From positions 74,746 to 138,745 of the forward strand of contig JBPOIB010000001.1 of assembly GCA_052034935.1 (NCBI GenBank): a stretch of 64,000 nt of DNA, read 5' to 3'. This document shows, piece by piece, positions 9,740-18,664 of the stretch. The translations under genes were made by a program, and so were the position numbers. Under the pieces are notes generated by a model. That model searched no databases. It worked only from the letters and a program-made list of their open reading frames with translations, and was not told where the DNA came from. The first letter of the stretch is position 1. Each line of letters opens with the position of its first letter. Source of the DNA: Candidatus Moraniibacteriota bacterium. Its GTDB lineage: Bacteria; Patescibacteriota; Minisyncoccia; Moranbacterales; UBA1568.

Positions 9740-10456
9740 TTAAGTAATGCTCTCAAATCCTTTTTCCTCGATTCGTCTCGCCAGGGCGGCCTTGCCGGTC
9801 TTCACGAGCTGCCCGTCGCGCAGTACGAGGACTTCATCGGGTGCGATCGCTTTCAGGAGCCGGGTTGAGTGAGTGATGAAGACGAGCGTTGTTTCTTTTG
9901 GGAGATGTTTGGCGAGGAATTTGGTAATCGTTTTCAGCGCATCGACGTCGACGCCGGTGTCGATTTCGTCGAAGAGCGCGAAGCGAGGAGAAAGAAGAAC
10001 AGCCTGGAGGGCTTCCAGCTTTTTCTTTTCACCACCAGAAAATCCGGCATTGAGTGAGCGTTTGAGGAGTTCGTCTTTGATTTGGAGCTCAACTGCGTAT
10101 TCAGCGACCAGTTTATGGAGCGCGACCGGTGCAATCTTTTTCTCGAGCGCGAGGCGGAGAAGTTCGAAGACGGTGACGCCGGCGAGTTCCATCGGAGTTT
10201 GGAAAGAAAGGAAAACGCCAAGCCGGGCACGTTCATCCGGTGCAAGGTTTTTCAGATTCTTGTTTCCGAGGAGTACTTTGCTTGAACGGGAGAGGGTATA
10301 TTTTGGATGGCCCATGATGGCACTCGCCAAGGTGGACTTGCCGGACCCATTCGGACCCATGAGGGCATACGTTTTTCCTGGTTTGAAATCAAAAGAAAAA
10401 TCACGCAGAATTTTCTTGTCTTCGACGGAAACGGAGAGGTTCTTGACGGAGAGCAT
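9740..10456 (-). CDS. sufC: Fe-S cluster assembly ATPase SufC
   Basis: MGPNGSGKSTL, GHPKY, GFSGGEKKK, DEIDTGVDVDAL, ITH. Confidence 0.95.
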   Translation of the reverse strand: MLSVKNLSVSVEDKKILRDFSFDFKPGKTYALMGPNGSGKSTLASAIMGHPKYTLSRSSKVLLGNKNLKNLAPDERARLGVFLSFQTPMELAGVTVFELLRLALEKKIAPVALHKLVAEYAVELQIKDELLKRSLNAGFSGGEKKKLEALQAVLLSPRFALFDEIDTGVDVDALKTITKFLAKHLPKETTLVFITHSTRLLKAIAPDEVLVLRDGQLVKTGKAALARRIEEKGFESIT

Positions 10457-10458
10457 AA

Positions 10459-10863
10459 TTAGCGGGCGTTATGGGACAATCGTTCGAGCGAGATATCGGA
10501 AAGTGTTTCTTCGATTTTTTCTTCGAGCGTACGCCACACCTGATTGGTCTGGCAGTGACTGACTTGGAGGCAGGGGAGCGTGCCTTTGACGGGAGGAAGA
10601 AACATTTCGATCGGACCATCGAGGACGCGGAGAATGTCCCAGGCACTCGTATCCGTAGCTGATCGGGCGAGTGTATAGCCGCCAGCGACACCTTTGGTTG
10701 CTTCGACAATTCCTCCTTTGCGCAGGGTCTGGAGGATCTTTTCGAGGTAATCCTCAGGCAGGTGCTCGCTCTCGGCTAGGGCGTGAATCGAGAGCGCTCT
10801 GCCGGCCTGAGCGAGAGCGATGGTCGCTCGGAGGCCGTAATAGGCTTTTTTTGATACTTTCAT
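10459..10863 (-). CDS. Rrf2-family (IscR-like) transcriptional regulator
   Basis: YGLRA, YLEKILQTLRKGGIV, GGYTLAR, VLDGP, two Cys. First gene of the SUF operon. Confidence 0.92.
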   Translation of the reverse strand: MKVSKKAYYGLRATIALAQAGRALSIHALAESEHLPEDYLEKILQTLRKGGIVEATKGVAGGYTLARSATDTSAWDILRVLDGPIEMFLPPVKGTLPCLQVSHCQTNQVWRTLEEKIEETLSDISLERLSHNAR

Positions 10864-10867
10864 AATG

Positions 10868-10884
10868 CGGACTAATTCAGTCCG
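10868..10884. promoter_or_regulatory. Putative Rrf2/IscR type-1-like operator
   Basis: Perfect inverted repeat CGGACT-AATTC-AGTCCG between the SUF -10 box and the Rrf2 start. The core fits GACTRwwwYAGTC. Confidence 0.75.
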
Positions 10885-10888
10885 ATAT

Positions 10889-10929
10889 AGAATACCAGTC
10901 TTGATTGGGCCTGTCAATCTTGGTAGCAT
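10889..10929. promoter_or_regulatory. Overlapping divergent sigma70 promoters (SUF operon and dus)
   Basis: Minus strand: TTGACA (10912-10917)-17 nt-TATTCT (10889-10894). Plus strand: TTGATT (10901-10906)-17 nt-TAGCAT (10924-10929). Confidence 0.7.
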
Positions 10930-10938
10930 GGGAAAACT

Positions 10939-11949
10939 ATGGAAACACCCTTTCTCGGATTCTGGGAGAAACTTCCCCGGCCATTCTTTGTTTTAGCCCC
11001 ATTGGCCAATATTACGGACTATAGTTTCCGGCAGTTCATGACGCGCTACCAAAAGCCGGATGTGCTCTGGACTGAGTTCGTGGCAGCGGATGGATTGGTG
11101 CATCCCAAGGGTCGTGAAGCGCTTATCCGAGACCTCCGTTTTGATGACAATGAGCGGCCGATCGTGGCACAGCTCTTTACCAGCCGTCCAGAAAACATGT
11201 TCGAGGCGGCGAAGCTCGTGAAGGAGCTTGGGTTCGACGGAATCGATATCAATATGGGTTGTCCCGACAAGAACGTAATGAAGCAAGGCGCGGGGGCGGC
11301 TTGCATGAAGGATCCGGAACTGGCACAAAAAGTGATTTTGGCAGCGATGGCTGGCGTTCGGGCGGATGGTAAAGAACCGATTCCTATCTCGGTGAAAACG
11401 CGGCTTGGATTCAATCAGGATGACCTGGAAATGTGGCTGCCGAAAATCCTTGAGACGAAACCGGCGGCTATCACGCTTCATCTCCGGACCAAGAAAGAGA
11501 TGTCACTTGTCCCGGCGCATTGGGAGCGAATGACGCGCGCTGTCGAAATCGCGCGCGGCAGTGGCACGCTCATCCTGGGTAATGGCGATGTGAAGACAGT
11601 GGCTGAAGGCCGGCAGAAATGCGCTGAGACCGGCTGCGATGGCATCATGATCGGCCGAGGGGTATTCGGAAATCCGTGGGTATTCGACGAAACAAAAACA
11701 TCGGTAACCGTTCGGGAGCGTCTCGAAGCGGTCCTCTTGTTAACGGAAATTTTTGTTTCGACTTGGGGCGAGACGAAGAGCTTTGAACTGCTCAAAAAAC
11801 ACTTCCAAGCCTACATCGTCGGCTTTCCCGGCGCGCGGGAGCTGCGGGCTGCGTTGATGCTCTCGCATGACGGTGTGGCCGTACGGACAGTTGTTGAACA
11901 ATTTCTCGCATCGCATACTGGGCGTTCAAACGAAGTGATTCCTTTATAA
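10939..11949 (+). CDS. tRNA-dihydrouridine synthase (Dus family)
   Basis: LAPLA, TEFV, IDINMGCP, SVKTRLG, HLRT, GNGDV, GIMIGRG. Confidence 0.93.
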   Translation: METPFLGFWEKLPRPFFVLAPLANITDYSFRQFMTRYQKPDVLWTEFVAADGLVHPKGREALIRDLRFDDNERPIVAQLFTSRPENMFEAAKLVKELGFDGIDINMGCPDKNVMKQGAGAACMKDPELAQKVILAAMAGVRADGKEPIPISVKTRLGFNQDDLEMWLPKILETKPAAITLHLRTKKEMSLVPAHWERMTRAVEIARGSGTLILGNGDVKTVAEGRQKCAETGCDGIMIGRGVFGNPWVFDETKTSVTVRERLEAVLLLTEIFVSTWGETKSFELLKKHFQAYIVGFPGARELRAALMLSHDGVAVRTVVEQFLASHTGRSNEVIPL

Positions 11950-11950
11950 G

Positions 11951-11989
11951 AAAAAAACGCCCCCGATGCATGCGATGCACCGAGGGACG
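11951..11989 (-). terminator. Intrinsic terminator of pyrD-pyrC
   Basis: On the minus strand CGTCCCTCGGTGCA...TGCATCGGGGGCG followed by T7. Confidence 0.7.
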
Positions 11990-12007
11990 ATGGAGGCCGT
12001 ACTTGGC

Positions 12008-13084
12008 CTAGCTGCGAGGGAGACACTTCCAAGGAATCTCTTGGCCGGCGCGAAGCGGCGTGAGCCGGGCGTCACCGAACGCGATGTCCGCCGGCAGTGG
12101 CCAGGAGTTTCGGACGAGCTGGACCAAGTCCGTATTCTTGGGGAGGCCGTAGAAGTCCGGGCCATGGAAACTCGCGAAGCCCTCGAGCACTTCGAGAGCG
12201 CCGGCCGCCTCGAATGCTTCCGCGTAGAGCTCGAGTGCTGAGAGGGCGGTGAAACAACCGGCATGGCCGCCGGTATGTTCTTTCAGATGCGCGGCATGGG
12301 GCGCTGAGTCGGTCCCGAGGAAGAAGCGGTCGCTGCCCGAAGTGACCGCACGGACAAGGGCCAGCCGATGGTGCTCGCTCTTCAGGACAGGTAGGCAGTA
12401 GAAGTGCGGCTGTAGTCCGCCGGTGAAGAGCGCATTCCGGCTGTAGAGAAGGTGCTGTGGCGTCACGGTCGCGGCCGTGAAGGGGTCGTTCGCACCGATC
12501 ACGTAGGCTGCGCCTTCGGCCGTAGTCACATGCTCGAGCACGATCCTGAGTCCAGGGAAGTCACGGCGGAGCGGGATGAGCACGTCTTCGATGAAGCGTG
12601 CTTCGCGGTCGAAGATGTCGACTGCGGGATCGGTCACTTCGCCGTGAACGCAGAGGACGAGACCCTCGCGCTCCATTGCTTCGAGCATGGGATAGATCTT
12701 CCGGATGTCGGTTACGCCGGCCTGACTGTTGGTGGTTGCGCCGGCCGGGTAGTACTTGCAGGCGACGATGAGGCCGCTTCCCTTGGCACGCCGCATCTCT
12801 TCGGGAGAGGTTTCATCCGTGAGGTAGAGCGTCATGAGCGGCGTGAAGTACACGCGCTCCCAGTCGAGCGCCGCCATGATGCGGGCGTGGTAGGTCATCG
12901 CCTCTTCGGTCGTCCGTACGGGCGGCTTCAGGTTAGGCATGACGATGGCGCGGTTGAATTGCCGCGCGCTGTAGCCGGCGACCGTTTTCAGAGCATCGCC
13001 ATCGCGGAGATGGAGGTGCCAGTCGTCGGGACGCACCATGACGATGTTCCTGGGCGTGCCGTTCTCTTCATACTGGATCTGCAT
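12008..13084 (-). CDS. pyrC: Dihydroorotase, E. coli-type (class II, homodimeric)
   Basis: PDDWHLHLRDG, VMPNL, KYYPAGATTNS, VHGE, EHVTT, CLPVLK, FLGTDSAPH. SD AAAGGAG 6 nt upstream. Confidence 0.95.
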   Translation of the reverse strand: MQIQYEENGTPRNIVMVRPDDWHLHLRDGDALKTVAGYSARQFNRAIVMPNLKPPVRTTEEAMTYHARIMAALDWERVYFTPLMTLYLTDETSPEEMRRAKGSGLIVACKYYPAGATTNSQAGVTDIRKIYPMLEAMEREGLVLCVHGEVTDPAVDIFDREARFIEDVLIPLRRDFPGLRIVLEHVTTAEGAAYVIGANDPFTAATVTPQHLLYSRNALFTGGLQPHFYCLPVLKSEHHRLALVRAVTSGSDRFFLGTDSAPHAAHLKEHTGGHAGCFTALSALELYAEAFEAAGALEVLEGFASFHGPDFYGLPKNTDLVQLVRNSWPLPADIAFGDARLTPLRAGQEIPWKCLPRS

Positions 13085-13126
13085 ATCATGCTCCTTTCGA
13101 GCGTTGGAAAAACCGGAAGGTCAAGC

Positions 13127-14125
13127 TTAGGCGAGATGCTTCTGCAGCCGTTCACTGTCGTTCACGAGGTCCATGAAGAACCGCGGTCCTTGGCGATACC
13201 AGGCTGGTCCGGAAGTGCACTGGACAGCCCGAGCGCCGACATCGAGGTAGTCAGCAGCATCGTCACCCGTGAGAATGCCGCCGCAGCCGATGAGATCGAT
13301 CTTGCTCCAGGGCGGGAGCTGCTCGAGCGTTCGTTTGATCAAGCCGATTGAAATCGGCTTCAGGATCGGTCCCGAGAGCCCGGCCCGGCCGTCGAAGGGT
13401 GTCGTTACTGGCGCACCATCCGATCTGAGCACGCGGCAATTGGCGAGCGTGTTGCTGAAGACGATCGCGCGCACGAACGGGTAACGATCGATGAGTCTGA
13501 CCATCGTCTCGACGAAACCCTCCGGCACTACTGGGACATTGGTGAAGTCGATGCCGGGGTGGGCCTGCGAGAGTGCATCGCGTTCGGATGCGGTGATGTA
13601 GGGCGAGAGCTTGATCCAGATCGGCTTCGTGAGCTGGCCGCCGCGGTGGAGCTTTTCCAGGGCGACGAGCGTCGCTTGAGCGTTCTCGCAGCTGTAGGCA
13701 TCGGGGACCTTTCCGGTATTGCCGCAGCCCCAGTTCACTTCGATGGCCGTGATACTGTCCCGGCGGTTGGCGAGCCAAACGCACATCGCGTATTCATCGG
13801 CTGAGAAAGCGGCGATGCTCGCAATGGTCGGCCGGTCGACCGGGACAGTGTCGAAGCGCTCGAGCGATTCTTCAATGCCCGGGTTCGGCATTCCGAACGA
13901 GTTGAGTCCGATTCCGTGTTCGCGAAAATCCGTCCAGTCGTCCGGCCATTGCACAACGCCATCGTTCTGAGGGCGTTCATGCTGGGTGAACGAACCGGCG
14001 ATGACCGCACCGAGCGAAACGTCACTTCGCAGGTACGGGATGAGATGACGTGGGTCCTTGCAGACGCCGGCACCAAGGATGATGGGGAGGGAAAGCGTCA
14101 GTCCGCCCACCGAGTAGGTTTCCAT
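13127..14125 (-). CDS. pyrD: Dihydroorotate dehydrogenase, family 1-like (divergent)
   Basis: LNSFGMPNPG, EVNWGCGN (catalytic Cys), IKLSP, SNTL, GLSGPILKP, IGCGGI. Start at METYS with SD AAAGGAG. Confidence 0.85.
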   Translation of the reverse strand: METYSVGGLTLSLPIILGAGVCKDPRHLIPYLRSDVSLGAVIAGSFTQHERPQNDGVVQWPDDWTDFREHGIGLNSFGMPNPGIEESLERFDTVPVDRPTIASIAAFSADEYAMCVWLANRRDSITAIEVNWGCGNTGKVPDAYSCENAQATLVALEKLHRGGQLTKPIWIKLSPYITASERDALSQAHPGIDFTNVPVVPEGFVETMVRLIDRYPFVRAIVFSNTLANCRVLRSDGAPVTTPFDGRAGLSGPILKPISIGLIKRTLEQLPPWSKIDLIGCGGILTGDDAADYLDVGARAVQCTSGPAWYRQGPRFFMDLVNDSERLQKHLA

Positions 14126-14189
14126 GGTCAACTCCTTTCGGGGTTTGGTTGTCAAAGGTCGAAACCCTCGGGAATCGAGGATTGGCGGC

Positions 14190-14217
14190 ATTCTACCAGC
14201 TGGAATCGGACTGTCAA
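14190..14217 (-). promoter_or_regulatory. sigma70 promoter of pyrD-pyrC
   Basis: TTGACA-16 nt-TAGAAT on the minus strand. Confidence 0.65.
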
Positions 14218-14345
14218 TCAATGTGGAACGGGCATTTTCGGCCAGCATCTTTACAATCAGTGAGCGTTGCGGTAGGCTCGAGGCGTTCCTAAAGACCCGG
14301 GGAAATACCCCGGATTTGTTCTTACCCAAACGAAAGGACGAGGTC

Positions 14346-15620
14346 ATGGATACCACCGAAGTCGGCCTCGTGCTTGAAGTACGGACCACTGAAACGATTC
14401 GGCCCGAAGTGAAAGATCGGGCGAAAGAAATGCTGGCTGCTGTTTTGACGAAGGCCGGCATGACGGGCTGCTGGCGCTATGACATCCTCATGAGCGAATA
14501 TCGAGCCCTGCCGGATCCATCGCTGTATCGGATGTCGGCAGCGCTTTTGGGCGATACCAAGAGCATGCTCCATATCGCTGTTCGCTCCAGTCTCATGCCC
14601 GGCGGAGCCGTCGCTGGCATTTTGCGCCAGACGGGATTCGTCGATTTTCAGGGACTGCTCAATCGTCTCTTGCCGGCCATCGATGATGGCAACCGGTCCA
14701 ATTGGCAGCCGACTGTCGTCCGAGAAGAGCGGACATCGATGGCACCGAGGGGATTGGCCGATATCGAGGCCGAGCTCGAGAAAGAGCGAATGCAGCCGCA
14801 AGGCTCTCCGATCCGGTCGCTTCCGTTTGTAGATGGCACCGGCCGCGTGATGAGAAACGAGGATGCTCATCGGAGAATGCGGGCCATTCCGCCAAGAAAT
14901 CCGGTTCGCTCTTCGGAGCCGCATGACGTTCGTACGCCCGTGCTTCCAGCTTGGCCACCGCCTAGTCGCTTGGCTTGTCAAGACGGACCGACCTGCGGGA
15001 TGGCTGTTGAAAGAGTCGACCGGGCGATACCGGCGGCAGTATCGCCGCCTGCCTTGCATCAGAATGTCCCGAACGGGATAGAAGGAGAGACAAGCATGTC
15101 TTCATTCGACGACGAGCAACGGCTCGAACGATTTCTCATCGCAGCGGTCCGCGGTACCGCGGACGGCGTTTTTTCCGGCAAAGCGGTCACGCCGGTGGTG
15201 AAGGAGGTTTTTCCGGAGCGCTCCGGCAAAGGGCTGGTCGGGGGGCTGTTCTTCAGGCTGGAAGGTCTGAAGTGGATTACCCGCTTCGCTCCGGGGCAAT
15301 ACCAGCTGGAACGACTGTTTCTGGATGCACATCAGGAAGAGCTGGGGCATGTCAAGCTCTCGCCACGTCCGGCATTGCCGCACGCCAAACCGAAGCCGCG
15401 GAAAGCGGCCGGTAAGCCGTCGGCTGTTTCGGCAGAGCCGGCAATGTCTTCGCCGGGCACTTTCGAGGACTGGGTCAAGTCGCTCGCAGAAGAGCGTTTG
15501 GTTTTGACTGAGGCAGTAACGAGAGCAAGGGGAGCGCTCGCCGCTTTCGATGAGCGCTATCGAATCGCGCTCGGTCCGCTGCATGAACAGCTCTATCCCG
15601 TTCCGCCCGAAGCCGGCTGA
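14346..15620 (+). CDS. Hypothetical protein; Pro/Arg-rich middle, possible winged-helix and coiled-coil C-terminus
   Basis: Purine-rich RBS before ATG 14346, second in-frame AAGGAG-led ATG at 15096, followed by a terminator. Confidence 0.6.
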   Translation: MDTTEVGLVLEVRTTETIRPEVKDRAKEMLAAVLTKAGMTGCWRYDILMSEYRALPDPSLYRMSAALLGDTKSMLHIAVRSSLMPGGAVAGILRQTGFVDFQGLLNRLLPAIDDGNRSNWQPTVVREERTSMAPRGLADIEAELEKERMQPQGSPIRSLPFVDGTGRVMRNEDAHRRMRAIPPRNPVRSSEPHDVRTPVLPAWPPPSRLACQDGPTCGMAVERVDRAIPAAVSPPALHQNVPNGIEGETSMSSFDDEQRLERFLIAAVRGTADGVFSGKAVTPVVKEVFPERSGKGLVGGLFFRLEGLKWITRFAPGQYQLERLFLDAHQEELGHVKLSPRPALPHAKPKPRKAAGKPSAVSAEPAMSSPGTFEDWVKSLAEERLVLTEAVTRARGALAAFDERYRIALGPLHEQLYPVPPEAG

Positions 15621-15641
15621 ATCTGGTCGCCTGTTCTCATC

Positions 15642-15676
15642 CCGTGTCGTAGCAAGAGCTGCGGCACGGTTTTTTT
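15642..15676 (+). terminator. Intrinsic terminator
   Basis: CCGTGTCGTAGC-AAGA-GCTGCGGCACGG-TTTTTTT. Confidence 0.8.
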
Positions 15677-15751
15677 GTCGAATCTTGCGAGTTTTGGGGA
15701 GTCGTTGAAGGAGATTTGTCGCCCGTGATATACTAGCTGAGGAAGAAATCT

Positions 15752-15862
15752 ATGAGTTTTAAGTCGCGCCACAAGAAGATTTATTATGTCTGGGTCGTCA
15801 TTTCGGCCTTGGTCGCGCTTTCTATGGTGCTCTTTCTCATCGCGCCGTTATTCATGTACTAG
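15752..15862 (+). CDS. 36-aa single-TM small membrane protein (not in the ORF track)
   Basis: MSFKSRHKKIYYVWVVISALVALSMVLFLIAPLFMY. Preceded by extended -10 TGATATACT; ends 9 nt before the ftsB-like gene. Confidence 0.7.
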   Translation: MSFKSRHKKIYYVWVVISALVALSMVLFLIAPLFMY

Positions 15863-15871
15863 GTCTGGCGT

Positions 15872-16264
15872 ATGAGCTTCCGATCCCTGTGGACCCGCCT
15901 GGGACTGGTCGTCCTCATCGGTATCGGCATCGCCGCCGGTTGGGCGAGCTTCGGCCAATATGAGCGAAGCGTCCGGATCCAGGCCGAAATCGATACGCTG
16001 CGCCGCGAAGCTGAGCGTATCGAGCGGGAAAACGCAACGCTCTCGGAGAAAATCCAGTTCTTTGCTTCGCCCGACTTCAAGGAAAGCGAGGCAAAAGAGA
16101 AGCTCGGGCTGCGCCGCCAGGAGGAGAAGGTAGTGGCAATCGAAGGTGATCTGCGGCTCCCTCCGAAAGAAGGTATCGAAAGAGTTGACGATGGGAATAC
16201 GGCTCATATGGTTGCTTGGGATGTGCCCAATTATGAGAAGTGGTGGAAGCTTTTTTCGAAATGA
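15872..16264 (+). CDS. Septum formation initiator (FtsB/DivIC family)
   Basis: N-terminal TM, coiled coil, ESEAKEKLGLRRQEEKVV. Confidence 0.85.
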   Translation: MSFRSLWTRLGLVVLIGIGIAAGWASFGQYERSVRIQAEIDTLRREAERIERENATLSEKIQFFASPDFKESEAKEKLGLRRQEEKVVAIEGDLRLPPKEGIERVDDGNTAHMVAWDVPNYEKWWKLFSK

Positions 16265-16288
16265 TCCGTATAATGTAAGAGTGATTCT

Positions 16289-17341
16289 ATGGAGATTCAA
16301 CTGCCGATAAAACCATTCCGTCCTCAGTGGCCCCGGCTCGTGGCGGCTTTGGTTGGATTTCTGTTCCTTCTGATACTTGGTGTCTTGGTCCTCGTCTATA
16401 AATTTCCGGATACGGCTTTCGGTCGGATTTTTGTTGCTCGCTTTCCGTTTCCGGTCATCATGATCGGCCAAGGGGTGGCAGTGACGACCAGTGGTCTTGC
16501 CGAGAACCGTAAGGCACTGCAGAATTTTTATGAATCGCAAGATTTTTCCCAGATCGGCATGCGTGTCGATTTTTCGACAGATGATGGGAAGAAGCGGCTG
16601 AAGCTCAAAGAAAAAGACCTGGTGAATAAGATGCTCGAAGACCGGGTGATCCGGATGCTGGCGGAAGATCGGGGAATCAGCGTGACAGCCGAGGCGGTCG
16701 CTGAAGCGACGACCGTGAAGATGGAAGAGCTCGGAACGACAGACAGGGTCGAACAATCACTCGCCCGTTTGTATGGCTGGACCATCGCCGATTTTCAGGA
16801 GGAGATCGTCCGTCCAGCGATGTATGAGGAGGCGCTCTACGCCGAATATGCCAAGGAAGTTGATCAGACGAAACCGAAAGAAAAAATTGGCCTGGCGGAA
16901 AAGGCTCTGAAGGAAAAGAAACCGTTTGTCGATGTCGTCCGGATGTATTCTGAAGGAGAGACAAGTGAAACTGGTGGAGACCTTGGCTGGTACGTTCTCG
17001 AGGATCTCGTTCCGGAACTGCGCAGTGCCGTAGACAACGCAGCTCTGAAGGTAGCGACGGGAGTAATTGAAAGCGATCTCGGCTACCATATCATGTTCGT
17101 GGAAGAGACGAGGGTCGAGAATGATGTTCGCTCATACCATTTGAAGCAGGTATTCACTCGAAAAGTGAGCTTTGTCGATTGGTTGTCGGAAAAGATGAGG
17201 AACCTGCCGATCAGCGTTTTATCGCGCGAGTATGAGTGGAATGCTGATGAGGCCCGGATTGAATTTCGTACCGAAACAATGAAACAGTTCGAGCGTCAGG
17301 TCCGTGAAAATTTAGAGAGTGATCCGACGCTGATTTTCTAG
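16289..17341 (+). CDS. PrsA/SurA-like parvulin peptidyl-prolyl isomerase
   Basis: TM anchor, SurA-N-like helices, FVDVVRMYSEG...GGDLGW...ESDLGYHI. Confidence 0.85.
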   Translation: MEIQLPIKPFRPQWPRLVAALVGFLFLLILGVLVLVYKFPDTAFGRIFVARFPFPVIMIGQGVAVTTSGLAENRKALQNFYESQDFSQIGMRVDFSTDDGKKRLKLKEKDLVNKMLEDRVIRMLAEDRGISVTAEAVAEATTVKMEELGTTDRVEQSLARLYGWTIADFQEEIVRPAMYEEALYAEYAKEVDQTKPKEKIGLAEKALKEKKPFVDVVRMYSEGETSETGGDLGWYVLEDLVPELRSAVDNAALKVATGVIESDLGYHIMFVEETRVENDVRSYHLKQVFTRKVSFVDWLSEKMRNLPISVLSREYEWNADEARIEFRTETMKQFERQVRENLESDPTLIF

Positions 17342-17371
17342 CAGTATAATCTCCACTAACTGTCAAAAGCT

Positions 17372-18664
17372 ATGGAAGACCAAAATTTTTCGTCCCCGAA
17401 AACAGCTGACTCGCTGGTGGTACCGCCCGTGGTGATGAATCGTGAAAAGGAACCGGTTACTCCTCGTCCCCGAACACCCTGGGCGACAGTGCTCCTCGTA
17501 GCCTTTCTTTTTGGGCTTGTGGGCGGATATGTCGCCAAGCTCGATACAGCCTCACCTCTCGCTAAGCTTTTCAAAGCGGCAGATCCTACGGTATCTGACG
17601 AAGAAAAAGAACGTCGACCGGTCGCTATCGAGGACCAATCGGTTGTCGGTGTGGTGGAGAGTGCATCACCGGCAGTAGTGAGTATCGTCATTTCCAAAGA
17701 TGTTCCCAGAATGCGCGGCTTTTCCCGGTCACCGTTCGGTTTTCCGTTCTTCTTCAATCAGGATCAGGGGAACGGTGGCGAGGAATCGACCCGGCAAACA
17801 GTAGGTCACGGATCCGGGTTTTTCGTGAGCGCCGATGGCTACATCGTCACGAATAAGCATGTTGTCTCCGACCAGAATGCCGAGTATACGGTGATCACAA
17901 GTGATGAGAAGGAGTTGCCGGCGACCGTACTCGCCCTCGACCCGGTCAATGACGTTGCAATCATCAAGGTGAACGGAGACAATTTTCCAGCCCTGAATCT
18001 GGGGGATTCGGATCAACTCCGGGTCGGAGAAACGGCGATTGCGATTGGTAATCCGCTCGGCGAATTCGCTAACTCTGTTTCGCGCGGGATTATCTCCGGC
18101 CTGAAGCGGCAGGTAACAGCCGGCGTCTCATTCGGCCAGGAGGAAGTCTTGCGGGACATTATCCAGACCGATGCCGCCATCAATCCAGGAAATTCCGGCG
18201 GACCGCTTTTGGCGCTTTCTGGTGAGGTTGTCGGCATCAATGTCGCTGTCGCTCAGGGCGCGGAAAATATCGGTTTTGCAATTCCGGTGAATCAGATCAA
18301 ACGGGCAGTGAAGGAGGTCCGGGAAACCGGAAAAATCGCGGTGCCGTATATCGGAGTGCGCTACGTACTCTTGAATGAGGAGATCGCACGCGAAGCGGGA
18401 CTCGCGGTCAGTTATGGAGCACTGATCCAGCGCGGAGAGCGACTGACTGATTTCGCAGTTATTCCAGGATCGCCGGCGGACAAAGCGGGGCTCATGGAGA
18501 ACGACATTATTCTCGATATTGACGGAGAAAAAATCGATAGCGATCATCCGTTGGCGAACATTATCAGCACGAAGCGGGTCGGCGATACAGTCAAATTACG
18601 CATTTCTCATAAGGGCGAAGAAAAAGAGGTCGCGGTGAAGCTCGAGGAGCGGAGTCAGCAGTAG
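17372..18664 (+). CDS. htrA: HtrA/DegP-like serine protease with PDZ domain
   Basis: GSGF, TNKHVV, NDVAIIK, IQTDAAINPGNSGGPL; PDZ GSPADKAGL. Confidence 0.95.
   Translation: MEDQNFSSPKTADSLVVPPVVMNREKEPVTPRPRTPWATVLLVAFLFGLVGGYVAKLDTASPLAKLFKAADPTVSDEEKERRPVAIEDQSVVGVVESASPAVVSIVISKDVPRMRGFSRSPFGFPFFFNQDQGNGGEESTRQTVGHGSGFFVSADGYIVTNKHVVSDQNAEYTVITSDEKELPATVLALDPVNDVAIIKVNGDNFPALNLGDSDQLRVGETAIAIGNPLGEFANSVSRGIISGLKRQVTAGVSFGQEEVLRDIIQTDAAINPGNSGGPLLALSGEVVGINVAVAQGAENIGFAIPVNQIKRAVKEVRETGKIAVPYIGVRYVLLNEEIAREAGLAVSYGALIQRGERLTDFAVIPGSPADKAGLMENDIILDIDGEKIDSDHPLANIISTKRVGDTVKLRISHKGEEKEVAVKLEERSQQ

Noticed and set aside
14126-14190. PyrR attenuator or riboswitch in the pyrD leader
   Set aside because: A hairpin is present but there is no PyrR-binding loop consensus or terminator U-tract.
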